Source: Vibrio vulnificus CMCP6 (GTDB taxonomy: Bacteria; Pseudomonadota; Gammaproteobacteria; Enterobacterales; Vibrionaceae). Taken from it: a stretch of DNA of 32,000 nt. Below the pieces are notes generated by a model. It searched no databases. It worked only from the letters and a program-made list of their open reading frames with translations, and was not told where the DNA came from. The position numbers and the translations under genes were made by a program. The stretch spans positions 270,001 through 302,000 of the forward strand of contig NC_004460.2 in the NCBI RefSeq assembly GCF_000039765.1, read 5' to 3'. Of this stretch, positions 8,841-17,395 are shown piece by piece. The first letter of the stretch is position 1. Each line of letters opens with the position of its first letter.

Positions 8841-9632
8841 TTAAGCTTTGCAGCTCGGAGATTTACCTTGGTAAACGGGCAATTTACTGGCTTTGTCCTG
8901 CAAATCTTTGATACGCGTACTGTGAGATGGGTGGGTTGAAAGTAGCTCAGGTGGTTGGTTTCCGCCTGAGGCTTTCGCCATGTTTTTCCACAGTTCCACA
9001 CTCTGTTTTGGGTCGAATCCTGCTTTTGCCATGTATTCTAGGCCGACAATATCGGCTTCGGATTCTTGGGTTCGGCCGTAAGGTAAAATTACCCCATATT
9101 GCACGCCCACACCCAACGCTGCCATGGTAATTTGTTGATATTGCTTATACTCAGACGCACCTATGGCAACGTTGGCCAACTGTAATCCGGCATTGGCAAG
9201 CTGGCTTTGAGAGAGACGTTCATTGCTGTGTTCTGCGAGCACGTGCGCCACTTCATGGCCAATGACCGTCGCCAATTGGTCTTGGTTAACCGCGACATTC
9301 AGCAAGCCAGTATAAACGCCAATTTTTCCCCCTGGCAGGGCAAAAGCGTTCACTTGGTCACTATCAAATACCACCACTTCCCACTCTTTGAAACCGGGTT
9401 GAGGGGGAATGGTGTCGGTAATCGCTTTGGCAACACACTGCACATATTGATTGGTCGCTTTGTTTTGACTAATCGGAATCTCTTTTTTCATCTGCTCAAA
9501 AGAGTTCGCACCAAGTGTGGACATCTCACTATCTGAAAACATCAGCAGTTGATTACGCCCAGTAGGGGAAGAAGTGCAAGCAGTAAGCCCAGCAACGACG
9601 ATGAGTGCAGAAGCTTTCAACCACGATGACAT
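8841..9632 (-). CDS. M48-family zinc metalloprotease lipoprotein (YcaL/LoiP-like)
   Basis: HEVAHVLAEH (HExxH). Lipoprotein signal MSSWLKASALIVVAGLTAC. I chose ATG 9632 because GGAG lies 6 nt upstream, whereas the track start at 9644 has no SD. Confidence 0.85.
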   Translation of the reverse strand: MSSWLKASALIVVAGLTACTSSPTGRNQLLMFSDSEMSTLGANSFEQMKKEIPISQNKATNQYVQCVAKAITDTIPPQPGFKEWEVVVFDSDQVNAFALPGGKIGVYTGLLNVAVNQDQLATVIGHEVAHVLAEHSNERLSQSQLANAGLQLANVAIGASEYKQYQQITMAALGVGVQYGVILPYGRTQESEADIVGLEYMAKAGFDPKQSVELWKNMAKASGGNQPPELLSTHPSHSTRIKDLQDKASKLPVYQGKSPSCKA

Positions 9633-9699
9633 AACAATCTCCATATCGATAATTTTGGGTATATACTAGCGCCAATTGTAACGAAAATCTGGCAAAAGA

Positions 9700-10134
9700 A
9701 TGAGCATTTGGAAAAAACCGATCGATTTAGCGACCCTAAACGCAACCTCAAAAAATACGCTTATTGAACACTTACAAATCGAATACACCGGGTTTACCGA
9801 AAACTCTCTGACTGCAACCATGCCGGTTTGCAGTTTTACTCATCAACCACTCGGCATGTTACATGGTGGCGCATCGGTGGTGCTTGCTGAAACACTCGGC
9901 TCTTTAGCGGCCAATTTTTGCGTGGCTGCCGGTTCTTATTGTGTTGGGCTCGATATTAATGCCAACCATATTCGCCCGATGCGCAGCGGTTATGTTATTG
10001 GTACGGCAACGCCAATCCACCTCGGTGTATCAACGCAAGTGTGGCAAATTACGATTACAGATGAACGTGAGAGATTGGTTTGCACCAGCCGTTTGACCAT
10101 AGCTGTTAAACAGCACAAAGAGCGTGGTGTTTAA
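9700..10134 (+). CDS. Hotdog-fold acyl-CoA thioesterase, YdiI/YbdB (MenI/EntH)-like
   Basis: 144 aa. It is colinear with my recollection of E. coli YdiI: IWK..., TATMPV, GMLHGGASVVLAETLGS, GLDINANHIR, QVWQITI. Confidence 0.8.
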   Translation: MSIWKKPIDLATLNATSKNTLIEHLQIEYTGFTENSLTATMPVCSFTHQPLGMLHGGASVVLAETLGSLAANFCVAAGSYCVGLDINANHIRPMRSGYVIGTATPIHLGVSTQVWQITITDERERLVCTSRLTIAVKQHKERGV

Positions 10135-10135
10135 T

Positions 10136-10372
10136 ATGGTGATTGAATTTAGCCACGGTAAAATCATCGTCACGCCACATGAAGTCGTTGTGAGGCTGCA
10201 AGGTGGTCACAGTGTCACTTTAAGCGCTCAGGTCGATGCAGTTCAACTGATTGGTCGTGGCGCCAATGTTTTGGTGGCGAACGGTGCGGAGTGTAAATGG
10301 TCAATCAAGTTAGATTCTGAATCTCAACTCATTGAAATTTCGCAGCAATTAGGCATTGCAATCGATGCGTGA
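10136..10372 (+). CDS. Small hypothetical protein (78 aa), coupled to the thioesterase
   Basis: ATG 10136 lies 1 nt after the thioesterase TAA. There are no recognisable motifs. It may belong to a Vibrio-restricted DUF family, but I cannot verify this. Confidence 0.5.
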   Translation: MVIEFSHGKIIVTPHEVVVRLQGGHSVTLSAQVDAVQLIGRGANVLVANGAECKWSIKLDSESQLIEISQQLGIAIDA

Positions 10373-10445
10373 AAATCGTTTGCACTGTTAAGCAAAAATA
10401 AGGAAACTTAGGGCTACCGAATTCAACGACGAAATTTCCCATTTT

Positions 10446-12137
10446 ATGAGTAGCCCGCGTCTAAGAGTCCAATTTGAAACGCTTTTCCAACACTTCGACG
10501 GTAAAAACAGCGATGTTCAGCTTGAAGACATCACTGAAATTCTGTTCTGCACCCGTCGCAACGCTCGCATTGTTCTAAACAAACTTGAAGAAGAAGGCTG
10601 GATTGAATGGCATCCCGCGGCAGGACGAGGCAAGCTCTCCCAGCTTATTTTTAAGCGTAGCAAAGCAGACGTGAGTGAAAATCTTGCCAAGCGCTACTTG
10701 GAAGAAGGGAAAATTGGCCAAGCGCTCGAAGTCTTAGACAGCGACGCGGCAAAATTGACGCAGGTGATCCAAGGCTATCTTGGTTTGCAGCACCGAGAAG
10801 GGGAACAGGTGGTTCGTCTACCTTATTACCGACCACTCTCTATGCTCAATCCACATTTACAGATGCGTAGAACGGAAATTCACATTGCACGGCAAATCTT
10901 TAGTGGCTTAACCAAGCTCGATGATAACGATGTTTTGCAACCCGATCTGGCACATACATGGGAAATGCGCAGTGCCAAACACTGGCGTTTTTACCTGCGA
11001 CCGGGTGTTCGCTTTCACAATGGTGAGCTGCTCACCACCGACATGGTGATCGAAAGCTTACTAGAGCTGCGCAGACTCAACCTTTTTTCTCATCTTCAAT
11101 CTGTGACCACACCCAGTCCGTGGGTGGTGGATATTCACCTGTTTAAAGACGATTTTCATCTGCCTTTGGCGTTGAGTGAATCTCAAGCCAAGATATTGTT
11201 GCCCGAAAGGCTGCGCAGTGAAGATTACCACATTCGCCCAGTCGGAACAGGCCCCTATATGGTTCAATCGAATGACGATAAGAGGCTAATTCTTCGCGCG
11301 TTTGACGGCTATTTTGGCTTTCGTCCGCTACTGGACCAAGTGGAAGTGTGGGTGATTGACGAAGCGTACTCTTCGATGGTCTACCCGAGTTTAAGCAAGC
11401 CCATCATGGACGCTTCCTCGTTATCAGATGAAGTGGAACTCGACCCCGGTTGCACTTTTCTATTGCTCAATAAGCGTAGTGGTGTAGCAAAAGATCCCCG
11501 TTGGGCGGAGTTTTTAGCGTCCGTTCTCAACGGCTATCAGCTGTTTAGCTACGTCCCGCAAGAGAAAGTGATCGAACTAGGACTACTGCAAGCGTTTGGT
11601 ATCAAACCCGGCTGGATCGATCTTTACCCGAAACCCAATATGGAGCCGCCGACAGAGCTAGAACGAATTTCAGTGGCGTATCAAGCTCAACATCCGATGT
11701 TTCCCGTGATCGCGAAAACCATTAAGACCATCCTTAAGCGCTACCAAATTGATGTGGAGTTCGTGAAATACGATGCGTCTTTGCAAGAACCTGAGTGTGT
11801 GGATGTTTGGATCAAAGCCATGGGCATTGCGACGAATCGCGATGACGCACTGGCGGGTTGGTTATTGGATTACAGCAACATTGAGTCGATGAGTACAGAT
11901 GGTGACTTTGCTCGCTGGAGTCAACTCGTAGACCTGTGGCGGGAAGGAGGCTGCGAAGAGTTTCCCGCGCGTGAAATCGGTCGACAGTTAGTGCGTAGTT
12001 GCCAAGTTATCCCGATGTTCCATTGTTGGCTAGGGGTTAACAAAGATCACAGTGGTGCACTGCAAAACGCGAAGTGCAATGCGCTAGGCTGGTTTGACTT
12101 CAGCCAAGTGTGGGTGAAACCGGAATTAGATAACTGA
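10446..12137 (+). CDS. SgrR-family transcriptional regulator (N-terminal wHTH plus family-5 solute-binding-protein-like domain)
   Basis: 563 aa. It is colinear with my recollection of E. coli SgrR: ...CTRRNARIVLNKLEEEGWIEW...GRGK.S.L.F..., HIARQIFSGLTK, HWRFYLRPGVRFHNG, GTGPY. Confidence 0.85.
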   Translation: MSSPRLRVQFETLFQHFDGKNSDVQLEDITEILFCTRRNARIVLNKLEEEGWIEWHPAAGRGKLSQLIFKRSKADVSENLAKRYLEEGKIGQALEVLDSDAAKLTQVIQGYLGLQHREGEQVVRLPYYRPLSMLNPHLQMRRTEIHIARQIFSGLTKLDDNDVLQPDLAHTWEMRSAKHWRFYLRPGVRFHNGELLTTDMVIESLLELRRLNLFSHLQSVTTPSPWVVDIHLFKDDFHLPLALSESQAKILLPERLRSEDYHIRPVGTGPYMVQSNDDKRLILRAFDGYFGFRPLLDQVEVWVIDEAYSSMVYPSLSKPIMDASSLSDEVELDPGCTFLLLNKRSGVAKDPRWAEFLASVLNGYQLFSYVPQEKVIELGLLQAFGIKPGWIDLYPKPNMEPPTELERISVAYQAQHPMFPVIAKTIKTILKRYQIDVEFVKYDASLQEPECVDVWIKAMGIATNRDDALAGWLLDYSNIESMSTDGDFARWSQLVDLWREGGCEEFPAREIGRQLVRSCQVIPMFHCWLGVNKDHSGALQNAKCNALGWFDFSQVWVKPELDN

Positions 12138-12388
12138 TGGCCAAGCCAAACAAAAAAGCCCCCGAACGAACGGTTGAGATTATTTGCAGTAAATGTCGCG
12201 CCTTACTGTTTAAATATCGAAAAGGAGGAAAGGGCGCTTTAGTGAAATGTTTTAAAGAGCGTATCATCGACAATTACTGTGAAAAAGCATGCCATTGCCC
12301 CAACTGTGATAGTGAGTTTGCGCGTGATAGCCTCATTAGAGGCACACCCGCTTATAAAATTATTGGTGGGAAAGCCAAGCTGAAATAG
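12137..12388 (+). CDS. Small basic zinc-ribbon protein (83 aa), unknown function
   Basis: The ATG shares its A with the sgrR-family TGA (cTGATGg). Two Cys pairs, CSKC (aa 17-20) and CPNC (aa 54-57), plus further Cys at 38, 48 and 52. The termini are Lys-rich. A strong terminator follows. Confidence 0.6.
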   Translation: MAKPNKKAPERTVEIICSKCRALLFKYRKGGKGALVKCFKERIIDNYCEKACHCPNCDSEFARDSLIRGTPAYKIIGGKAKLK

Positions 12389-12391
12389 AGT

Positions 12392-12424
12392 AAAAATAAG
12401 GGAAACCACGTGGTTTCCCTTTTT
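12392..12424. terminator. Bidirectional rho-independent terminator (zinc-ribbon gene / GH13 gene)
   Basis: Stem AAGGGAAACCA (12398-12408) / TGGTTTCCCTT (12411-12421), with an A-run before it and a T-run after it. Confidence 0.85.
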
Positions 12425-12443
12425 GATTCGATTGAATATCACT

Positions 12444-14078
12444 TTATCTAAGTTTAAATGCGTAGCACTGATACGGTTTTAGTGACAATGTCACTCCGAG
12501 CATGCACAACGAATCGTAGTTATAAATCAGGCAGTTAACTTCTTTGTTTTGCAAGTTATCCGGCAACGCTAATGAAATATCTTGATCACTAAAGTTGTTG
12601 ATGACCAGCAGCTGCTCATCTTGATGTGAGCGGACATAGGCAAACACACTATCGTGCTCTGCAAACAGTGGGGTGAAATCGCCATAGACGATCGCTGGGT
12701 GCTGTTTGCGCAGTTCAATCAGCTTTTGGTAGTGATAGAAAATGGAATCTGAATCTGCCAATGCTTGTTCCACGTTGATCTCTGGATAGTTCGGATTCAC
12801 TTCAATCCAAGGTTTCGCCTGACTAAAGCCACCATTCTGAGATGCGGACCACTGCATTGGGGTGCGAGCATTGTCACGGCTGTTCTCATGTATCGCGTCC
12901 ATCATATGTTGATGTGACACCCCTGATTCTGTTTTCACTTTGTAGAAGTTCAGCGTTTCAATGTCTTTGTATTGCTCTAACGACTCAAACGCGACATTGG
13001 TCATACCGATCTCTTCACCTTGGTAGATGTAAGGCGTGCCTTTGAGGAAATGCAACGCCGTTGCCAGCATTTTCGCTGACTCAACACGATAACGTTGGTC
13101 ATCACCGTATTTCGAGACTACTCGTGGTAAATCGTGATTGTTCCAAAACAACGAGTTCCAACCTTGGTTCGATAACTCGGTTTGCCACTTGGTCAGTACG
13201 TGTTTGAATTGTTTGAGATCAAGAGGAATAGGGTTCCATTTGTCACCGTGTTGCCAAGTGAGCGTGATGTGCTCAAATTGGAACACCATGGAGAGTTCAT
13301 GACGCTCAGGATCGCTATACAATTTTGCAATTTCTGGGGTTGCTCCCCATGTTTCGCCAACGGTCAGCAGATCTTTGTCGCCAAACGTCGCTCTGTTCAT
13401 TTCCTGCAATAGTGGATGCAGCCTTGGGCCATTACCAGTAATACCTTTGTCGATCTCTTTGCCAATCAAGTCGATAACGTCGAGCCTAAATCCACCGATG
13501 CCTTGGTCAATCCACCAGTTCATCATCTTGTGTACTTCCTGCTGGACTTTAGGATTCTCCCAATTGAGATCCGGCTGTCGCTTAGAAAATAGATGGAAGT
13601 AATACTGTTGTGTTGCTTCATCCCATTGCCAAGCACTGCCTCCAAAAATCGAGCCTTGGTCATCGGGCACACTGCCATCTGGTTTCGCATCACGCCAAAT
13701 ATAGTAGTCACGATAAGGGTTGTCTCTCGATTTACGCGCTTCTACAAACCAAGGGTGTTCATCTGAGGTATGGTTGACAACAAGATCCATTACGATGCGG
13801 ATATCACGTGCTTTTGCTTGAGCAAGTAAGTTTTGCATATCGGCCATGGTGCCAAATTCCGCAGCGATATCTTGATAATCAGAAATGTCGTAGCCGTTGT
13901 CGTCCATAGGCGACTTATACACGGGCGAGAGCCAAAGCACGTTTACGCCAAGTGTTTTCAGGTAATCGAGTTTGCTGATGATGCCATTTAAATCACCGAT
14001 GCCGTCGTTGTTTGAGTCGCAAAAACTACGCGGGTAGATTTGATAGACCACCGCATCGTGCCACCATTTGTTTTCCAT
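12444..14078 (-). CDS. GH13 alpha-glucosidase (oligo-1,6-glucosidase / glucan 1,6-alpha-glucosidase / trehalose-6-P hydrolase subfamily)
   Basis: 544 aa. WWHDAVVYQIYPRSF, DLVVNHTS, GFRLDVIDLI (nucleophile Asp), VGETW (acid/base Glu), FWNNHDLPR. Substrate specificity cannot be told from the sequence alone. Confidence 0.85.
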   Translation of the reverse strand: MENKWWHDAVVYQIYPRSFCDSNNDGIGDLNGIISKLDYLKTLGVNVLWLSPVYKSPMDDNGYDISDYQDIAAEFGTMADMQNLLAQAKARDIRIVMDLVVNHTSDEHPWFVEARKSRDNPYRDYYIWRDAKPDGSVPDDQGSIFGGSAWQWDEATQQYYFHLFSKRQPDLNWENPKVQQEVHKMMNWWIDQGIGGFRLDVIDLIGKEIDKGITGNGPRLHPLLQEMNRATFGDKDLLTVGETWGATPEIAKLYSDPERHELSMVFQFEHITLTWQHGDKWNPIPLDLKQFKHVLTKWQTELSNQGWNSLFWNNHDLPRVVSKYGDDQRYRVESAKMLATALHFLKGTPYIYQGEEIGMTNVAFESLEQYKDIETLNFYKVKTESGVSHQHMMDAIHENSRDNARTPMQWSASQNGGFSQAKPWIEVNPNYPEINVEQALADSDSIFYHYQKLIELRKQHPAIVYGDFTPLFAEHDSVFAYVRSHQDEQLLVINNFSDQDISLALPDNLQNKEVNCLIYNYDSLCMLGVTLSLKPYQCYAFKLR

Positions 14079-14159
14079 TCGCTAAAACCTCTTTAAGCTT
14101 TTTGTTAGTGTCAATGTAGTCTTTCTGAGTTCACAATAAAAATAGATTACACTTGGTTT

Positions 14160-14180
14160 GATATAGGTTTTTTTTATATC
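14160..14180. promoter_or_regulatory. Candidate LysR-type box in the GH13/LysR divergent region
   Basis: GATATA-N9-TATATC is a perfect 6-bp inverted repeat with an AT-rich dyad, located between the divergent genes. Confidence 0.3.
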
Positions 14181-14295
14181 ATCAGCAACGCATGCCGTGC
14201 TAAGTTCAATTGAGGATAAATTAGCCAGCAGAAATGTGATCTTCACCGTTTAACGCCGTGCGCTCCGATGATGTGTGCTGTGCGAGAGATGAACC

Positions 14296-15210
14296 ATGAA
14301 CAAAAACTACCGTTATTTCTTAACCGTCGCTCATGAACTGAATATCAAACAAGCGGCGGAAAAACTGCATATTAGCCAACCAACGCTGACCGCCGCCATC
14401 AAAAAGCTCGAGAGTGATATTGGTGTCTCTCTATTTCATCGCCGATCCAAAGGTGTCGAGTTGACGGAATATGGCCGGATGTTTAAATCTTATGCCCAAG
14501 AGCAGCAAGAAAAACACGCTCAGTTGATGCACCGTTTTACCGATATGCAGCAGCGTCATTTTGGTAAGCTAAAAGTTGGTACGGGTGAGGCTTGGTGGGA
14601 GCTATTTGTCAAAGAAAGCGTAGAAACCTATCAAGAGCGTATTCCCAATACCTCGCTACACCTCGAATTTGGTAACAACTTGTCGCTTATGCATCATCTG
14701 GTTCAAGGGGAGTTGGACCTTTTTGTTGGCCATGAAGTTCAAGGCCTTCATGATCGTTGTAAGGTACATTTCATCCCATTATTTCAAGACAACGAGGCTT
14801 ACTTTGTGCGTCGTGACCACCCGTTACTGAAAATTCGCTCGAAAGAAAGTGAAAAGCGCCTCGAACAGCAGAAAGTCTATCCGCTGCTGCGTGTCACGCC
14901 CGATCATGCCCGTCACCGTTCAGTGCTTGCTGACCACATGACATCACCCTTTGAACTTTCAGCATCCAGGCTAGAAGACAGAGCAATCTATGATGTTGAC
15001 TCATTGTTCGCAAGTTTAGACCTATTAAAGTGCAGCGATGCGATCATGCCCTATAGTGATCGTATGTGCGAATGGATGGCCGCAAGGGAAATCGAAACGT
15101 TGGTGATCAATCGTCAGCAACTCGGTAATGTCGGAATCTATACCGCAAAAGGAGAACTTGATGAAAAAACAATGCAATTTATCCAGTTATTGAGAGAGCA
15201 TTATGAGTGA
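14296..15210 (+). CDS. LysR-family transcriptional regulator
   Basis: 304 aa. The N-terminal HTH (YFLTVAHELNIKQAAEKLHISQPTLTAAIKKLE) is typical of LysR regulators. The gene is divergent from the GH13 gene. Confidence 0.9.
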   Translation: MNKNYRYFLTVAHELNIKQAAEKLHISQPTLTAAIKKLESDIGVSLFHRRSKGVELTEYGRMFKSYAQEQQEKHAQLMHRFTDMQQRHFGKLKVGTGEAWWELFVKESVETYQERIPNTSLHLEFGNNLSLMHHLVQGELDLFVGHEVQGLHDRCKVHFIPLFQDNEAYFVRRDHPLLKIRSKESEKRLEQQKVYPLLRVTPDHARHRSVLADHMTSPFELSASRLEDRAIYDVDSLFASLDLLKCSDAIMPYSDRMCEWMAAREIETLVINRQQLGNVGIYTAKGELDEKTMQFIQLLREHYE

Positions 15211-15544
15211 TTCAAACCATGACTTTTGTGTGGTGTTGACCACCACCAATAATGATGCCAATAAACATGCCATCATTAAGGCGCTATTGAGCAAACAACT
15301 TGCTGCGTGTATTCAAGAAATACCAATGACTAGCCATTATATTTGGCAAGAAGAAGTATGCCACGACAGTGAAACACTGCTGGTGATAAAAAGCAAAAAA
15401 TCGCTTTATACGCTGTTGGAAGAAGCGATACGTGAGTTGCACAACTACGAAGTGCCGCAAATTGTACAACTCGACATCGCCGCGGGCTTTCCGCCCTATT
15501 TAAGCTGGATCGCGGCCAACACCTTGGAGACGCAAAAGCATTAA
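15203..15544 (+). CDS. cutA: Divalent-cation tolerance protein CutA
   Basis: 113 aa. VVLTTT......A..I...L....LAACIQ, W.....E..L.IK, HNYEVPQIV. The ATG overlaps the LysR stop by 8 nt (ATGAGTGA). Confidence 0.85.
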   Translation: MSDSNHDFCVVLTTTNNDANKHAIIKALLSKQLAACIQEIPMTSHYIWQEEVCHDSETLLVIKSKKSLYTLLEEAIRELHNYEVPQIVQLDIAAGFPPYLSWIAANTLETQKH

Positions 15545-16096
15545 CGAGGTAAGTGCACCGAGGGTGTCACACAGCATGTCTTTCTGTGCATCCCAGATAT
15601 CACCTTGAGAGCCGAGAAAAGCGATGCCTTCGTCACCACCGGCGAGGGCAGCATACCACCATTCAATAATTTCATAGGCAGCGGCTAAGCTCATAATCGC
15701 AAACAGGGCAAATAAAGAAGCAAAAGTGAACGACTGTTTATGCTGTTTCACCAAGTACTCTGCAATGGGATAAGCGTAAAGGCCGATAGAAAAGTGGGCC
15801 AAGCGATCATAGTTGTTTCTTTCCGAGCCAATCAGCTGGTTGAACCAATCAAATGGCACTTCGGCGAAAGTGTATTTTGCCCCGATGGTGTGTAGACAAA
15901 GCCAAACAAACATCAGTAAGTAAGCGGTGCGACTGAAGGTAAAGCGTCGACTGAGCCAAATGATCGTCGCAAGAATGGCAACGGCTGGAATGATTTCGGC
16001 AATCCACACCGCGTGAGAGGTCGGCGATACCGCAGAGAAAACGAAGATGACAGCATAGCCGAGCGTCAAGAGCAGCAAAGGATTTTGTTTTGTCAT
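15500..16096 (-). CDS. DUF2238/YjdF-like inner-membrane protein
   Basis: Multi-TM protein with HTIGAKYTFAEVPF and NNYDRLAHFSIGL motifs. I prefer ATG 16096 (AAGGA 7 nt upstream); the track start at 16114 is possible. The 3' end overlaps cutA by 45 nt. Confidence 0.7.
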   Translation of the reverse strand: MTKQNPLLLLTLGYAVIFVFSAVSPTSHAVWIAEIIPAVAILATIIWLSRRFTFSRTAYLLMFVWLCLHTIGAKYTFAEVPFDWFNQLIGSERNNYDRLAHFSIGLYAYPIAEYLVKQHKQSFTFASLFALFAIMSLAAAYEIIEWWYAALAGGDEGIAFLGSQGDIWDAQKDMLCDTLGALTSLMLLRLQGVGRDPA

Positions 16097-16167
16097 TAAG
16101 TTTTCCTTCTTCATCGTGATTCTATTCCCTTAGTTTTCGCGTAAATCGCGTCAAATGATGACAGCTT

Positions 16168-16184
16168 ATTGAACGTTGTTCAAT
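16168..16184. promoter_or_regulatory. Perfect 7-bp inverted repeat, candidate operator
   Basis: ATTGAAC-gtt-GTTCAAT in the 282-bp divergent region between the DUF2238 and 2OG-oxygenase genes. Confidence 0.35.
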
Positions 16185-16328
16185 TAATTTGTGTGACGCA
16201 CCATTCACCCTGATGGTTTGGGCGATGTAATCAGAGAGAGTAAGCGGGTATATCGATTACGAAATGTGTTGATAGCTTGCGCGTTGGCTCAACATTTAAC
16301 CGTTTGCGGCAATACATTTCATTAAAGT

Positions 16329-16358
16329 TTGATTTACATTTGCTTGTACCACTAGAAT
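16329..16358 (+). promoter_or_regulatory. Candidate sigma70 promoter of the 2OG-oxygenase gene
   Basis: TTGATT (16329-16334), an 18-nt spacer, then TAGAAT (16353-16358). It lies about 40 nt upstream of the ATG. Confidence 0.35.
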
Positions 16359-16396
16359 CCGGACTCTAATTCAAAAAACAAAAAGAAAGTGAAGTC

Positions 16397-17236
16397 ATGA
16401 AACTGGAAACTGTCGATTATCTTGCTGATGATGCAGCAGAACAATTTGTCACATCGCTGCGCGAAACTGGGTTTGGCGTCCTGAAAAATCACCCAATTCC
16501 GAAAGAGTTGGTGGAATCGATTTATAAGAACTGGTACGAGTTTTTCTCAACGGAGCAAAAGCACGATTTTCATTTTAATGTTGAAACACAAGATGGTTAC
16601 TTCCCACCGTCGGTTTCTGAAGTGGCGAAAGGGCATAGCGTTAAAGACATCAAGGAATACTTCCACGTCTATCCTTGGGGTCAAATGCCAGAGCAGCTCA
16701 AAGCAGAAATCATGGAATACTATGAGCGCGCAAATGCCTTTGCTTCCGAACTGCTAGGCTGGGTTGAAGCCCACGCACCAAAAGAGGTTCAGGAAAAGTT
16801 TTCTGTTGCTCTGTCTGAGATGATCAATGGCAGTGACAAAACCTTATTGCGTGTATTGCACTATCCACCAATGACGGGTGATGAAGAGCCGGGCGCTATT
16901 CGCGCGGCTGCGCATGAAGACATCAACTTGTTGACCGTATTACCAGCGGCAAATGAGCCTGGCCTTCAAGTGAAAGCGAAAGATGGCAGCTGGATTGATG
17001 TGCCGTGTGACTTTGGCAACTTGATTATTAACATCGGCGACATGCTACAAGAGGCGTCAGGTGGTTACTTTCCGTCGACAACACACCGTGTGATCAACCC
17101 AACGGGTGAACGTCAAACGCAGTCGCGCATTTCACTACCATTGTTCCTTCATCCTAAACCTGACGTAGTTCTTTCTGAGCGCTACACCGCGCATAGCTAT
17201 CTGATGGAGCGTTTAAGAGAGCTAGGTGTGATTTAA
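16397..17236 (+). CDS. 2-oxoglutarate/Fe(II)-dependent oxygenase (isopenicillin-N-synthase-like family)
   Basis: 279 aa. HxD...H facial triad (AAHEDINLLTVL ... STTHRV) and RIS (the 2OG-binding Arg-x-Ser). Confidence 0.8.
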   Translation: MKLETVDYLADDAAEQFVTSLRETGFGVLKNHPIPKELVESIYKNWYEFFSTEQKHDFHFNVETQDGYFPPSVSEVAKGHSVKDIKEYFHVYPWGQMPEQLKAEIMEYYERANAFASELLGWVEAHAPKEVQEKFSVALSEMINGSDKTLLRVLHYPPMTGDEEPGAIRAAAHEDINLLTVLPAANEPGLQVKAKDGSWIDVPCDFGNLIINIGDMLQEASGGYFPSTTHRVINPTGERQTQSRISLPLFLHPKPDVVLSERYTAHSYLMERLRELGVI

Positions 17237-17261
17237 GCCTTATTCCACATCACAGACTGTG

Positions 17262-17291
17262 AGAGACAGCCAATGTGCTGTCTCTTTTTTT
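17262..17291 (+). terminator. Rho-independent terminator of the 2OG-oxygenase gene
   Basis: Stem AGAGACAGC (17262-17270) / GCTGTCTCT (17277-17285) with a 6-nt loop, followed by TTTTTT. Confidence 0.85.
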
Positions 17292-17395
17292 CAACACTGC
17301 TTCACGAACTGACAGTCAAAATGAAATCTTGCTCGACAAATTGGCTATCCTGACTTTGAATAAAAGGAGCAAGCAAATTCAGATAGGCGAATAGG

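Noticed and set aside
10373-10445. sgrS-like sRNA divergent from the SgrR-family gene
   Set aside because: Only 73 nt are available, and the upstream genes run in the same direction. There is no terminator-like hairpin or room for a divergent transcript.
16115-16396. Possible yjdF-type riboswitch in front of the DUF2238/YjdF-like gene
   Set aside because: I cannot recognise the conserved helices of that motif by eye, and to my knowledge it is mainly found in Firmicutes. It would need a covariance-model scan, so I do not claim it.
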